This document shows positions 1-13,595 of a stretch of 64,000 bases of DNA, one piece after another. The stretch's first letter is position 1, and every line of letters starts with the position of its first letter. The DNA comes from Mobula birostris (lineage: Eukaryota), in assembly GCF_030028105.1 (NCBI RefSeq), contig NC_092382.1, forward strand, positions 31,971,792 through 32,035,791, written 5' to 3'. The translations under genes were made by a program, and so were the position numbers. The notes beneath the pieces were generated by a model. That model saw only the letters and a list, made by a program, of their open reading frames with translations. It was not told the origin of the DNA and ran no database searches.

Positions 1-116
1 AGTGTTCCTGGTGATCAACCATCCACTGACTACGCCGATCATGGTCACGCCAAGGAAAAATACCACAATGGCCACGATTGCGCCAGAGCTGAGGATACAT
101 TTGCCATCTGTTTTTT
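1..116 (-). CDS. Duplicate copy of the gene A TM exon, cut by the window edge (probably artefactual)
   Basis: Identical to 14226-14341. Confidence 0.5.
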
Positions 117-492
117 CTGTTAACACACAAAGAAAATGAATATCTTACATTCCGAGAACACGTCTTTATCAGTGACAAATTCATTTTCACAGCAATTTGA
201 CTGGGTCAGTTTAGAGTTGTATATTGTCTCACAAGGATTACCCCCCGAATGAAAGCGTTAACATGCGTTGAACGTTTAATTGGTCTGGGTGTGCAGTCGT
301 TTGAATTTACAAGGATTGTCGGGGGGTGGGGGCGTGGAGGGAACCGCATTGAAACTTTCAACGAATGTTGGAAGGTCTAGACAGAGTAGATGTGGAAAGT
401 GTGTTTCATGCAGTGGGAGTGTCTCGGATATGGAGGCACAACCTGAGAATAGAGGGGTGTCAATTTAAAATAGTGATGCGCGGATATTTCTG

Positions 493-2372
493 CATAAGAC
501 CATAAAACAAAGGAGCAGAAGTCCGCCATTCGGCCTATCGAGTCTGCTCCGCCATTTTATCATGAGCTAATCCATTCTCCCATTTAGTCCCACTCCCCCG
601 CCTTCTCACCCTAACCTTTGATTCCTTGGCTACTCAGATACCTATCAATCTCTGCCTTAAATGTGACTTAGCCTCCACTGCCACCGTGACAACAAATTCC
701 ATAGATTCACCACCCTCTGGCTGAAAGAAACTTCTTCTCATCCCCGTTCTGAATGGGCGCCCTTCAATCCTTAAGTCGTGGCCTCTCGTACCAAACCCCG
801 CCATCATGGGAAACAGGTTTGCCACATCCACTCTGTCTATGCCGTTCAACATTCGAAATGTTTCTATGAGATCTCTCCTCATTCTTCTAAACTTCAAGGA
901 ATACAGTCCGAGTGCGGATAAACTTTCCTCATATGTTAACTCTCTTATTCCTGAAATCATTCCAGTGAATCTTCTCTGCACCCTCTCCAACGTCAGCACA
1001 TCCTTTCTTAAATAAGGAGCCCAAAACTGCCCACAATACTCCAAGTGAGGTCTTACCAGCGCCTCATAGAGCCTCAAAATCTCATCCCTGCTGCTATACT
1101 CTATTCCGCAGGAAATGAATGCCAACATTGCATTCGCCTTCTTGACCACAGACTCAACCTGGAGGTTAATCTTACGGGTTTCCTGGCACGAGGACTCCCA
1201 AATCCCGTTGCACCTCAGAATTCTGAATTCTCTCCCCATTTAAATAATAGTCTGCCGGTTTATTTCTTCTGCCAAAGTGCATAATGATACACTTTCCAAC
1301 ATTGTATTTCATTTGTCACTGCTTTGCCCATTCTTCCAAGCTATCCAAGTCTCTCTGCAGACTCTCCGTTTCCTCAGCACTACCGGCCCCTCCACCCTAT
1401 CTTTGTAGCATCAGCAAACTTAGCCACAAAGCCATTTATTCATTAATCCAAATCGTTGATGTGCAACGTAAGAAGAAGCGGCCCCAAGACGGACCCCTGT
1501 GCAACACCACTGTTAACCGGCAGCCAACCAAAATAGGATCCCTTCAATCCAAATCTCTGTTTCCTGCCAATCGGCCAACGCCCTATCCATGTATGTAAAT
1601 TTCCCGTAATTCCATGGGCTGTTGTCTTGTTAAGCAGCCTCATGTGTGGCACCTTGTCAAAGACAGTCTGAAAATCTAAATATACAACATCCACCTCATC
1701 TGCCTGGTCTAGTCTGCTGGTAATTTCCTCAAAAAATTATTATAGGTTTGTCAGGAAGGATTTTCCTTTCAGGAATCCATGCTGAGTTCTGCCTATCTTG
1801 TCATATGCCTCCAGGTGCTCCGTATCCGTAACCTCATCCTTGACAGCAGACTCCAACAACTTCCCAACCACCGATGTCAAGCTAACAGGTCTATAATTTC
1901 CCTTTTGCTTTCTTGACCCCTTCTTAAATAGCGGAGTGACATTTCCAATCTTTCACTCCTCCGGAACCATGCCAGAATCTATCGACTTTTGAGCGATCAT
2001 TGCTAATGCCTTTGCAATCTCCACAGCTACATCCTTCAGAACACGAGGGTGCATTGCATCTGGTCCGGGAGATTTATCTACCTTTAGACCATTCAGCTTC
2101 CTGAGCACTTTCTCTGCTGTAATTGTGACTACGCACATTTCACTTCCCTGCCACCCTTGAGTGTCCGGTATACTGCTGATGTCTTCCTCAATGAAGACTG
2201 ATGCAAAATACTCGTTCAGTTCCTCCGCCATCTCCGTATCTCCCATTACAATTTCTCCAGTATAATTTTCTATCGGTCCTATATCTACACTCAACTCTCT
2301 TTTTCTCTTTATATACCTGATAAAGCTTTTAGTATCCTCTTTCATATTATTTGCTAGCTTCCTTTCATAGTT
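493..2372 (-). mobile_element. 5'-truncated CR1 LINE (ORF2 RT to tail)
   Basis: Minus-strand ORFs with YLDFQ and LVRPHLEYC motifs; tail at about 493-507. Confidence 0.9.
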
Positions 2373-2442
2373 TCAGATTCCTCGCTTCTGCTGAAAATAC
2401 CGTGAACATCCCAATAATCTGTATTGTTGACTTCACAAACTT

Positions 2443-2455
2443 NNNNNNNNNNNNN
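2443..2455. other. 13-N assembly gap
   Basis: N run. Confidence 1.
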
Positions 2456-3082
2456 ATCCAGGTAACATCTAGTAAATCTTCTCTGTACTCTCTCTATTTT
2501 GTTGACATTTTTCCTGCACTTCGGTGACCAGAACTGTACACAGTACTCTAAATATTGCCTTTCCAATGCCTTGTACAATTTTAACATTCCATTCCTGGTG
2601 ACCCTATCCCGCTGAGGTATGTCTCAGTGGAGAGACTATGTTCATTCTGTAATCTATCAACACACATTGATATTGGACAAATCAACCAACCTCCCTTACC
2701 ACCCGATCCCGAGAAGCTCAATCCTTCCTGCTGAATCTGTCTGCTCTTGGTTTTTAAAATGCTCTCCCTGGTACATCTATAGATTTTTTTCTACGATCAT
2801 TGGTGACGTACCACGTACTCTGATAGTTTAAGGAGACAGCCCACCAGAAACACCTGAGTGAGGGTTTTGGTAAGGGAGCGGTGATAAATTCCAGCCTTGC
2901 CAGCAACACATAGATTCATCCCTTAAAATACTCAGCAACAATCCCAACCACTCTTTCCTAACACCCGGTTAAATATCTCAATTGCTATGTTTTTATTTTC
3001 TCTCATTCTCTGTAGTTGCATTAATGTGCTGATCCATCATTAACTCCCAAGTTCCTTTTCGCCTCGTTTCTGTTTTTACATC

Positions 3083-5615
3083 GAACACAGAACATAGAAT
3101 AGCACAGCACAGACCAGGCCTTTCGGCCTACAATGTTGTGCCGACCCTCAAACTCTGCCTCCCATATAAGCCCCCAACTTAAATTCCTCCATATACCGGT
3201 CTAGTAGTCTCTTAAACTTCACGAGTGTATCTGCCTCCACCACTGACTCAGGCAGTGCATTCCACGCACCAACCACTCTCTGAGTAAAAAACCTTCCTCT
3301 AATATCCCCCTTGAACTTCCCACCCCTTACCTTAAAGCCATGTCCTCTTGTATTGAGCAGTGGTGCCCTGGGGAAGAGGCGCTGGCTATCCACTCTATCT
3401 ATTCCTCTTATTATCTTGTACACCTCTATCATGTCTCCTCTCATCCTCCTTCTCTCCAAACAGTAAAGCCCTAGCTTCCTTAATCTCTGATCATAATGCA
3501 TACTCTCTAAACCAGGCAGCATCTGGTAAATATCCTCTGTACCCTTTCCAATGCTTCGACATCCTTCCTATAGTGAGGTGACGAGAATTGGACACAGTAC
3601 TCCTAGTGTGGCCTAATCAGAGCTTTATAGAGCTGCATCATTACAACGCGACTCTGAAACTCTATCCCTCGACTTATAAAAGCTCACAACCCCATAAGCT
3701 TTCCTAACTACCTTATCCACCTGTGATGCAACTTTCAGGGATCTGTGGACATATATCCCGATATCCCTCTGCTCCTCCACACTACCAAGTATCCTGCCAT
3801 TTACCTTGTACACTGCCTTGGAGTTTGTCCTTCCAAAGTGTACCACCTCACACTTCTCCGGGTTGAACTCCATCTGCCACTTCTCAGCCCACTTCTGCAT
3901 CCTATCAATGTCTCTCTGTAATATTTGACAATCCTCTACACTATCTAGAACACCACCAACCTTTGTACCGTCTGCAAACTTGCCAACCCACCCTTCTACC
4001 CCCACATCCAGGTCGTTAACAAAAATCACGAAAAGTAGAGGTCCCAGAACAGATACTTATGGGACACCACTAGTCACAATTCTCCAGTCTGAATGTACTC
4101 CCTCCACCACCACCCTCTGCCTTCTGCAGGCAAGCCAATTCTGAATCCACCTGGCCAAACTTCCCTGGATCCCATGCCTTCTAACTTTCTGAATAAGCCT
4201 ACTGTGTGGAACCTTCTTAAATGCCTTACTAAAATCCATATAGATCACATCCACTGCACTATCCTCATCTATATGCCTGATCACCTCTTCAAAGAACTCC
4301 ATCAGGCTTGTTAGACACGATGGCCCTTCACAAAGTCATGCCGACTGTCCCTGATCAGACCATGATTCTCTAAATGCCTACAGATCCTATCTCTAAAAAC
4401 CTTTTACAACAGCTTTCCCACCACAGACGTAAGACTCACTGGTCTATAATTACCTGAACTATCCCTACTACCTTTTTGAACAAGGGGACAGCATTCGCCT
4501 CCCTCCAATCCTCTGGTACCATTCCCGTGGACAACGAGGACATAAAGATCCTAGCTAGAGGCTCAGCAATCTCTTCTCTCGCCTCGTGGAGCAGCCTGGG
4601 GAATATTCCGTCAGGCCCCGGGGACTTATCTGTCCTAATGTATTTTAACAACTCCAACACCTCCTCTCCCTTAATATCAACATGCTCCAGAACATCAACC
4701 TCACTCATATTGTCCTCACCATCATCAAGTTCCCTCTCATTGGTGAATACCGAAGAGAAGTATTCATTGAGGACCTCGCTCACTTCCACAGCCTCCAGGC
4801 ACATCTTCCCACCTTTATCTCTAATCGGTCCTACCTTCACTCCTGTCATCCTTTTTTTCATTCTCGTAATTCAAGAATGCCTTGAGGTTTTCCTTTACCC
4901 TATCCTTGCCATAGAGGGAGTACAAAGAAGGTTCACCAGATTGATTCCTGGGATGGCAGGACTTTCATATGAAGAAAGACTGGATGAACTGGGCTTGTAC
5001 TCGTTGGAATTTAGAAGATTGAGGGGGGATCTGATTGAAACGTATAAGATCCTAAAGGGATTGGACAGGCTAGATGCAGGAAGATTGTTCCCGATGTTGG
5101 GGATGTCCAGAACGAGGGGTCACAGTTTGAGGATAGAGGGGAAGCCTTTTAGGACGGAGATTAGGAAAAACTACTTCACACAGAGAGTGGTGAATCTGTG
5201 GAATTCTCTGCCACAGGAAACAGTTGAGGCCAGTTCATTGGCTATATTTAAGAGGGAGTTAGATATGGCCCTTGTGGCTATGGGGGTCAGGGGGTATGGA
5301 GGGAAGGCTGGGGCGGGGTTCTGAGTTGGATGATCAGCCATGATCATAATAAATGGCGGTGCAGGCTCGAAGGGCCGAATGGCCTGCTCCTGCACCTATT
5401 TTCTATGTTTCTATGTTTCTACTTGCCAAGGCCTTCTCATGCCCCCTTCCTGCTCTTCTCAGCCCCTTCTTAAGCTCCTTTCTTGCTTCCCTGTATTCCT
5501 CAATAGACCCATCTGATCCTTGCATGCTAAAAGTCATGTATGCTGCCTTCTTCCACCTGACTAGATTTTCCACCTCACTTGTCACCCATGGTTCCTTCAC
5601 CCTACCATTCTTTAT
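3083..5615 (-). mobile_element. CR1 LINE (different subfamily), host to a nested insertion
   Basis: RT fragments 3148-4861 continue at 5421-5615. Confidence 0.9.
4902..5420 (+). mobile_element. Young CR1 3' fragment nested antisense in an older CR1
   Basis: Open ILAIEGVQRRFTR...GAGF*; (TTCTATGT)n tail; nearly identical to 43969-44736. Confidence 0.9.
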
Positions 5616-5829
5616 CCAGTTCCCAGCCTTCTCCCCGTTACCTTTTAATGCCATGTCAAATCAAGAACCTATCAATCTCTCGGATTACTCGGAGGCATTT
5701 AAAGTCTGGAAGAAGAATAATGGAATGGTCGGGGAGGGGTGAGTTGGCAGGGGATCGAGTGTGATAGGGAACTGGGAGTGAAGTGTTTGGGACATATTCT
5801 ACTGAATGATTCGGCATGTTAAAGGACCG

Positions 5830-6220
5830 GAGAATTGTTTTGTGTTGCTGTTCCCCTGTACTCAGCTGACAACAGATGTTGCAGACAGTATAAGGATAAA
5901 AGAAAGTTTGAGACAGGATCTCTGACCTGACAACACAGGACTAAGCTCGTCAAAGGCAAACATTCGTGAGAAGTTTTTTTGCTTTTTCTCTTGGTTTTTC
6001 TTAGAATTGAGCTCGGGAAGTATGTGTTACACAATGCCAGTTTGTTCGGAACCGACTTTGTTTACAACAAGGGAAGCAGCCGATTGCCATCTGCAGAAAC
6101 TAGATCGACAGAAAGTTAACTCTTTATAAACACCAACAGAGAGACAGAGAAGATGGGGAGCGTGACTGAACACGGGTCACCGAGGGTGCGCCAGAACAGA
6201 CCACGTCCATCTCAGATCTC
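5830..6220 (-). pseudogene. Relic terminal exon of an unidentified gene ending VVNKVGSEQTGIV*
   Basis: Inverted homolog of 27585-27990; codons 6068-6030, TAA 6029-6027. Confidence 0.45.
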
Positions 6221-8309
6221 CTATCGCCTCTTTTTTTTTATTTTTCGAGTGTCATCTTCTTCTCATATGTACGCTTTTTAATCCTGAGGACGTGTCTTCT
6301 GGTCTTAGATTCTCCCACCATAAGAAACATCCTCTCCACATCCACTCTCTCTGTGTCAACTGGTCCTGGATTCCCCCACTATGGAAAACATCCTCTCCAC
6401 ATCCAATCTCTCAAAGCCTTTCACCATTCGAGAGGTTTTATTGAGGTCACCCCTCATTCTTCTGAACTCGCTGTATACAGGCCCAGGGCCATTGAAAGCT
6501 ATTCATAGGACAAGCCATTCTACCCTGGAATGACTTCCACACAGCTGCTTTGAACTCTTCATCAGTTTCAGCTCATCGTTTGTCAGACAAACGGCTCAGA
6601 CCTGCTTACAATGCCACAAGTGAGCTGTCATCAGGGCATTATGAAGTTTTAATATTGCATCTTGCTTTTATATTCGAGTCCTCTTGAAATGAATGCCAAC
6701 ACCTCTTTTACCTTCGTCATCAGAGACTGATCCTGCAAGTCAACCTTTAACGAATCCTGCACAGGGAATCCCAAGTCCCTTTGTACCCCAGTTTTTGTCT
6801 TGTATTTTCTTTCCATTTAGGAAACAGTCAACCTTCCATTTCATCCCCCAAAGTGCATGCTTAAACACTTCCGAAAGTACATTCCAACTGCCTCTTTTGA
6901 CCATTCTCCCAATCTGTCTGAGTCCTTCTTTAGCCTCTCTAATTTCATGTCTCTTCATCTATCTTCCAATCGTCTGCAAACCTTACAACAAAACCATCAC
7001 TACCCCCATCCCACTCATTGACATCTGACGGAAAGGAATCTTTCCCAACACAGACCCTGTGAAACACCACTCGTCACCGTTTGCCAGTCCGAAAAGGGTT
7101 CCCTTATTCCCACCCTTCGTCTCCTTCCCGGACTACGTGTTCCCGTTCTGGGAAACTGCCAAGCGGCCTGCATTATTTCCGGATTTTCTGGAGCTGCTTC
7201 GGCGACGAGTGCTTTCGGGGTGAGGCTCTGGGTGTGACCCGATTCCTCGCCGATTTCGCCGACTGAAGCATCTGGGGAGACCGAAATGTCGAGACAGCAG
7301 GCGCTGTGCGAGCTACCGGAGGCCTCTCTATTTCTCCCGATGGTGACAGACAGTCCACTGGTCCCAGAGTCAGGGCAGCTCGAATTGACTCAGGTTATCA
7401 AATCATTTTGATGTAACTGAGTGGAATTCAAAGCGATCTGCGTGAGATTCAGGGGTACACGCAAAAAGAAAATTATATTCAGGTGGACAGCGGCAAAGTG
7501 AATTGTTGAATTCCAACAGTGAGAGAAGACAACACAATCAACTTGAATACTATGGGTTAATGGCTGCAGGAGCCCATACTGATATAATTTGATTCATGTT
7601 ATCCAAATGAAAGAAAAAAAAATACGGAAAGCACAAATTGAGAGCGGGTGGTAAATACGAGAGGAATTAGTGAGAAGGTGAGAGAAGGAAAAGTGAAATC
7701 CAGATTTACATGAAATACCGAGAGTGGTCGGTGCCTTGAACGCACTGTCAGGGGAAGCAGTGAATTGCAGCTTAAGTGTCATTTGGGCATTTACGCGGGG
7801 AATGGAAGTGTGCTGATCTCATATCGGCAGATGTATTGTTCTAATCTCACATGATGGTTTTCGTTGGCCGAGGTGCCAGTTCCTATTCACGTCTGTTCCC
7901 CACCCCTCGCCACCCCCCAGCCACCTTGAGCTGTACGAACCAAAGAGCAAAGAAAGAAGAAGTTTGAATCCATAATACCCAAAAAAAAAATCAGGTAACT
8001 GCGTTACAGTGAAACATAGACACCAGGGAGACTGGTGGAAGAACCAGGGGATGTGAACGGGTTATGGGGTAAATCAGGATTTTTCAAACAGGAAGTGACG
8101 TCATAATCTCGGTGTACAGGAACATTGGTAACGGAGGCTGAATCAGTGACTCGGATTGATAATCATTTACTGAGCTAATTCACGCAGAAATCAGGAGGCA
8201 ACTCAGGGTTTCAGCAAAGTTTTCTGTTTTATTACGTTTATTATTCAGCCATAAAGCGCGGAATAGCCTTTCAGCAACCGACGACAAACCCCATTAACAG
8301 AGGAGGTTT

Positions 8310-8992
8310 ACGAGGGCGATGCCTGGGTTGGAGAGCCTGGCCTATGAGAATAGGTTGCGGGACCTCCGCCTTTTCTCCTTGGGGCGACGGAGGATGAGAG
8401 GTGACTGATAGAGGTGTACAAGACGATGACGGTGATTGATCGTGTGGACAGCTGGAGGCTTTTCCCCAGGGTTGAAATGGCTAACACGAGAGAGCATAGC
8501 TTTATGGAATTTGGGGGTCGGTACAAGGGGAAGGTCAGAGGTAAGATTTTCACACAGAGAGTGCAGGGTGCGTGGAATGCACTCCCAGCGAAGGCGGATG
8601 CAATGGATCTTTAAGTGCAAACACAGAATAATCTGCAGATGCTGGGGTCAAAGCAACACTCAGAGCACGCTGGAAGAACTCAGCAGGTCGGGCAGCCTCC
8701 GTGGGAAAGATCGGTCGACGTTTCGGGCCGGAACGTCCCGACGAAGGGTTCCGGCCAGAAACGTCGACCAATCTTTTCCACGGATGCTGCCCGACCTGCT
8801 GAGTTCCTCCAGGGTGTTGTGGGGATCTTTTAAGTGTCTGTGAGATCGGCGCATGGAGTTTAGAAACATAGAGGGCTGTGTGGCAGGGTAATTCTAGGCC
8901 GTTTCCAGAGTAGGTGCCATGATCGGCACAACATTGTAGGCCGAAGAGCCTGTAATTTGCTGTAGATTTCTATCTTCTATGTTCGATGTTCT
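8310..8992 (+). mobile_element. CR1 3' fragment interrupted by a palindromic element
   Basis: RRMRGDLIEVYK...FTQRV motifs; degenerate TTCTATGT tail. Confidence 0.75.
8618..8822. mobile_element. Penelope-type palindromic element
   Basis: Long inverted arms GAACTCAGCAGGTCGGGCAGC...GCTGCCCGACCTGCTGAGTTC; flanked by GGATCTTT(T)AAGTG direct repeats. Confidence 0.7.
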
Positions 8993-10237
8993 AACAGTAA
9001 CTTAACCACGGGACACTTTACAATGACCAATTAATCTTCACGGACTTTGGATAGGGAGATCTACAGATTTATTACACATGACGCCGGACTTCATCTCCGA
9101 ACTCGCAATGCTAACAGCACCTGAGTAAAATAGGGTTGATTGAGGCTTAAGAGCAGAGAGACTATGTTATTTGCTGCTTCGCTTGGAAACACTAAAGCTT
9201 ATTAGGTATTTTCTAATCCCTGGATAGACACTCCTGCCTTCCATCCTCGTATCCCCACCACTCTGTCCAAATGGGTTTGTGCCTCTGGGACACTAATGGA
9301 AGCTGAATACGAGCAGACTGACACAATATTCAGTGGGCGAATACGTATCCCTTGCTCACAGCGAGCTCCGTGACGCTAAGGGTGAAATTAATGGAATTAT
9401 TCCCACTTGGCCGCTTGTGCCGCCGAACCGGCCTCACGCCAAGTGAATAACGGAGCTATGCTGAGGGTTGAGAGCGAAACACTACGATATTTCATGTTTC
9501 TGAGCGTACCAAGTGGTCAGAAAACTATCGGCCCATGATGGGGGTCAGGACGGTATAGAAATTGTATCACACAGCAACGTTGAGAGGGAATATGTTGGTG
9601 GCAGTGTGGAGGTGGCAATTACGGGATGTAAGGTCTGGGTTGAGCTGAGAAAACTAAGCTGCTTTGATACTAACGAGTCAAAACCTTCAGTGATATCTTC
9701 ATCGTGAGGATGTGAAACGCAGAGAGAATCCTACGGAGACATGGGGAACAATTATACAGAAACAAGGAAAGACATTCTGAACGATGGCTTTTTCCTCGAT
9801 GGTTGTCCATCCTCTGTGTCAATTCACCTGCCAACTATCCTCTTCCGTTCACCAGTGACGTCATCTGAGGAAACAACACACCATTTATGTTGACTACGTC
9901 AGCAACCCGGAAGTGCTGCTGCTGGTGAGGAGAATTACGAGGTGACGATTTTCGAATCTGTGCTAAAACATCGTGACAATGCAACCTTGAAAACAACTAG
10001 TATATTTCATATAGATACAGGCCCAGAAAATTTGTTCCTTTCAATATCAATAAAACGCTGTATGATACCGCCTAACTCGAATCTTGCGTTGTTACGTGTC
10101 TCGAAACTGCTAATCACAGTGTAGTATATACATGGACACAACCATCGCACTGCATAACTCACAGACCTGAAATTAGTAGATACGTTTCCTTTACAAGTGA
10201 CACTGTGTATCGTCAGCCCAATATTCCATTCACATAC

Positions 10238-10281
10238 CTCCTCAGATCACTGTAAACAGATCGGTCCTGCAGCACAAGTCC
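10238..10281 (-). pseudogene. Gene A former cytoplasmic exon 4 (GLVLQDRSVYSDLR), splice acceptor mutated
   Basis: Aligns to 48411-48454; acceptor reads AACTG instead of AACAG; lies downstream of the premature stop. Confidence 0.75.
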
Positions 10282-10933
10282 CAGTTAATGTGAGGAAATC
10301 AGCATGATTAGCAGCATTTTGTTATTAAAAGCATTTTGTGATAGAAGAGAACAGCAATAATATTGAAGAGTATTTGCGCTTATTTAATAAATTCTGTCTG
10401 AAAGTAACACGGAATAGTCAGACCATGATGAAAAGAGGATCAGAGACAGACAGTCATGATCCCCAAGCGAAAGGGAGCATAATCCCTTGTCATTCGCTTC
10501 TCTTCCTTCAAAAGATCAGAGTGATATTTGCAACTTTCCAGTCCTCAGAAACAATTCCACAGCAATCTGTAGCTTGGAATATCAGTAATTATCCCTCTAC
10601 TACCTCTTCAGTGGCCCATTTCAGAATGGTGTGGTGCAGTTAATCTTGTCCATTTAGTCCAGGTGATTCATCTACCTTCAGCCCTTCCAGCTTGCCTTGC
10701 ATCTTCTCCTTATTAGCCACTCCCGTGTCCTGACACTGTCAGACTGATAGTTTGCTCCACAGCAAAGATTGACACATAATACTTCATGAATGGATCCGCC
10801 ATGTCTTTGTCCCCAACTGCTGCCTCTTCGATTTCATTTCCGCTATGGAATGTCTCACCTCATCGTCTGTCTCTTACTGTGTAAAGTGGAAACAATTACT
10901 TCAAGAAGGCATTGACGCAAATGTAGTCCTTAC

Positions 10934-10975
10934 CATATAAGTGGAATTTCAATCATCTGCATTGTTCCTTGTGCC
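10934..10975 (-). CDS. CEACAM-like gene A, cytoplasmic exon 3 with premature TGA (GTRNNADD*NSTYM)
   Basis: 42 nt, CAG/GTAAG; TGA at 10951-10949 where gene B has GGA. Confidence 0.8.
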
Positions 10976-12165
10976 CTGGAACGAGAACATGAAGATTTCT
11001 ATTGAAGCGTTTAACCAAGTGCACAACAATTGTATTCTGACTCTGCACATAAAAAAGGGAGTATCAATTTTCACATTCACTGCTGATTGGAGCATATTGC
11101 ATCATTCGCCGTTCGACAGACTGCGTGTTTCGGATTCAGTGTCAGAAAAGTACATATTTTCTCTGACACCAGGAACGCTTCCGGACAGCATTAGATGATT
11201 TGTAAGCATTCAGCAATAAGGGTAGCATGATGAATGTTATTTGACGAGGAGCTCGCCTTCAGAACCAAACATCTTGAGAGATTATTCCTGATCAGAATTT
11301 GCACGTCACAGAGAGGGGATATGGACTTGCGTCCTCAGGATGCTGACCGTATTTGCTATTTCTCTAAACGTTCACATAGATCATCGCTGATCACAGTCCG
11401 GCAGGTGCAGACCTAACCACCGCTTCCACTTGTGTCTTTCCCGCTTTGACCGGACATTTAAAGAGGATCCTTCATGAAATATATTCCACTCAGAGTAAGA
11501 GCTGTCTTTTTTGCATTGTACAACAATTATGTATTCTGCAGAAACAGCAAATAACTCGGGTGAAGAAGTTCTGCAGGTGCTGGAAATACGGAACAACGCA
11601 CACAAAATGCCGGAGGAACCCAGCATTTCAGGTAGCATCAATGAAAATTAATAAACATTCGACGTTTTGGGCCGAAAGCCTTCTGCTGGACTGGAAAGGA
11701 AGCAGAAAGGCGCCAGAATTTAAAAAAAAACAATAAGTGGGGGAGAGGAAGGTTGTCTATGTGGAAGGTGAATGGTGGACCTGGAGAGTGGGGAAGGTAA
11801 AGCGCTGAAGGAAAATGAATCCGATTACAGAGGAAACTGGACCATGGTAGAAATCGAAGATGGAGAGTCTCCGGGGAAGTTCATGGACATGTGAAGATAA
11901 GAGATAAGAGTCGAGGGCGAAGAATGGAACAAGAGGGAAGTGAACAAAAACACGGGTAGGAAAAGGTCGATGTTCGTTGCTATCTGGTTTGGGTCTACTT
12001 TGAGGCGTTGTTCCTCAGTTAACTGGAAATGTGAACCAGTGATCTACATAAATGGCCAATCAGTGCCCAAGGGCCCGATGGACGCTACCGATCACATTAC
12101 CGATGTTCTTATCTTTCCTTCGCAAAACAATGACTGAGACCATGAACATAATACAAACATCCAAC

Positions 12166-12230
12166 CTGCTCATTCCTTGGGAAATTTTCATAGTTTTGCG
12201 ATGCGTCCGCAGCGTTTGTATCCAAGGTGC
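12166..12230 (-). CDS. CEACAM-like gene A, cytoplasmic exon 2 (STLDTNAADASQNYENFPRNEQ)
   Basis: 65 nt, CAG/GT, phase 1-0; paralogous to 45961-46025. Confidence 0.8.
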
Positions 12231-12628
12231 CTGTGGGATCAAAACAGATATGTCACAACGGTGAAGAGCAGTAGGGACCGTTGTTAGTACTGCAGACGTC
12301 AATCCGGGCCCCAAACAAAATGCAACCATAGCGTGAGCCACGTCCCATCCAGTTGTCAGAAACACGTAATCTCTTGTACAGAAGACCAGTAACTGAGGGC
12401 CTATATTGATCAATATGAAGGGAAATTAAGTCCACTAAACTACAATTCCATCTCCCCCTGATATTGTAATGTTCAGTTCAAAATTTAAACTTTTTTCACT
12501 GGGATACCAAACGATAGGCAAGATAAAACGACCTCCAGCTTGTGTGCGCTATGAGCTTCCATATTTAAATGCAATGTTTAGATTTCCGTGGGCTCAGTAA
12601 TAGAACAGTTCAAACGGGGTTCACTCAC

Positions 12629-12684
12629 TCTTTCTTCTGGAATTGGTGCTCGTGTCGTGTTTGGATTGCGGTGGATCTTTGATG
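12629..12684 (-). CDS. CEACAM-like gene A, cytoplasmic exon 1 (IKDPPQSKHDTSTNSRRK)
   Basis: 56 nt, AG/GTGAGT, phase 2-1; paralogous to 44925-44980. Confidence 0.8.
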
Positions 12685-13432
12685 CTGAATGAACAGAAAC
12701 AAAGGTCAAAACATGAATTCGGCAGGATGTCACTTTCCTTCACTGATCCACCGAATGAGAACGACCCCTATAATTCCATTTGATAATTTCTATTCATTCC
12801 TTGATACTGTTCCTGTTATTAGATACCCTGTTCCAGTCCTACTCGATCTCAACAACAGTGACCATAATGGGTTATGGATAGAAAACGTTCTGGAATTTCG
12901 GACCTCAGCTTTCCAGGAGAAAGTGACACACCTGCATTAATGAACGCAGCCCACTTTCAAACAAATGCTCACACTTCAGGAAAGCCACGTCCACGTACAA
13001 GATAATACTGATTCTGTCCACGGATGTCTCCTGATCTGTGGCATAATTCTAGAGTTGCTAATCAATTTTAGCTCCTCCTTGGGTAAAGAGGTTTAAAATG
13101 CCAACAGGTGGAGACCGAGCAGTCCCCATTTTCCTTAAACACCGGGGACGTGCGGATTGACCAACTGCTCCACTGTGACTGAAACTGATTGTTATCGACA
13201 GGGTAATATTCAGTCATAGATCCGTTATCTCACGGAAAAGGACCTCAGTGCCTGGTGAGGATCTACACCAATGCACCGTCCGTGTTCCATTCCTGAACCT
13301 TGGACATGAATCGTCACCATTTAATTATCCATTTCCCTCTTAAATTCCGCAGCTGATCCGCCCTTAGGAAATCTGCAAACAGAGCTTCCCCTGTTCCAAC
13401 AGCAAACTGCTGGCAAACTAACCATTCACCCT

Positions 13433-13595
13433 ACACACATCAAAGTTGCTGGTGAACGCAGCAGGCCAGGCAGCATCTGTAGGAAGAGGTGCAGTCGACT
13501 GCACCTCTTCCTACAGATGCTGCCTGGCCTGCTGTGTTCACCAGCAACTTTGATGTGTGTTGCTTGAATTTCCAGCATCTGCAGAATTCCTGTTG
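13433..13595. mobile_element. Penelope-type palindromic element with 14-bp target-site duplication
   Basis: Near-perfect loopless palindrome 13433-13559 centred on GTCGAC; TAACCATTCACCCT at 13419-13432 and 13596-13609. Confidence 0.8.

Larger units (their letters stand above)
1..2442 (+). repeat. Apparently exact direct repeat of 14226-16667, ending at a 13-N gap
   Basis: Constant offset 14225; identical ORF translations in both copies; identity stops exactly at N run 2443-2455. Confidence 0.95.
8228..9864 (-). other. Gene A last exon / 3'UTR (approximate 3' end)
   Basis: TTTCCTCAG|ATGA at 9864-9861 is homologous to gene B 49698-49701; downstream sequence resembles 49700-50600; AATAAA on - at 8243-8238 and 8233-8228. 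Confidence 0.55.

Noticed and set aside
4476-5324. 282-aa chimeric ORF as a novel gene
   Set aside because: Antisense frame of the host CR1 fused to the nested CR1 fragment
7081-7380. GC-rich open frames on -, perhaps the upstream part of the SEQTGIV relic
   Set aside because: Similarity to 27250-27450 is too weak to judge by eye; no product recognised
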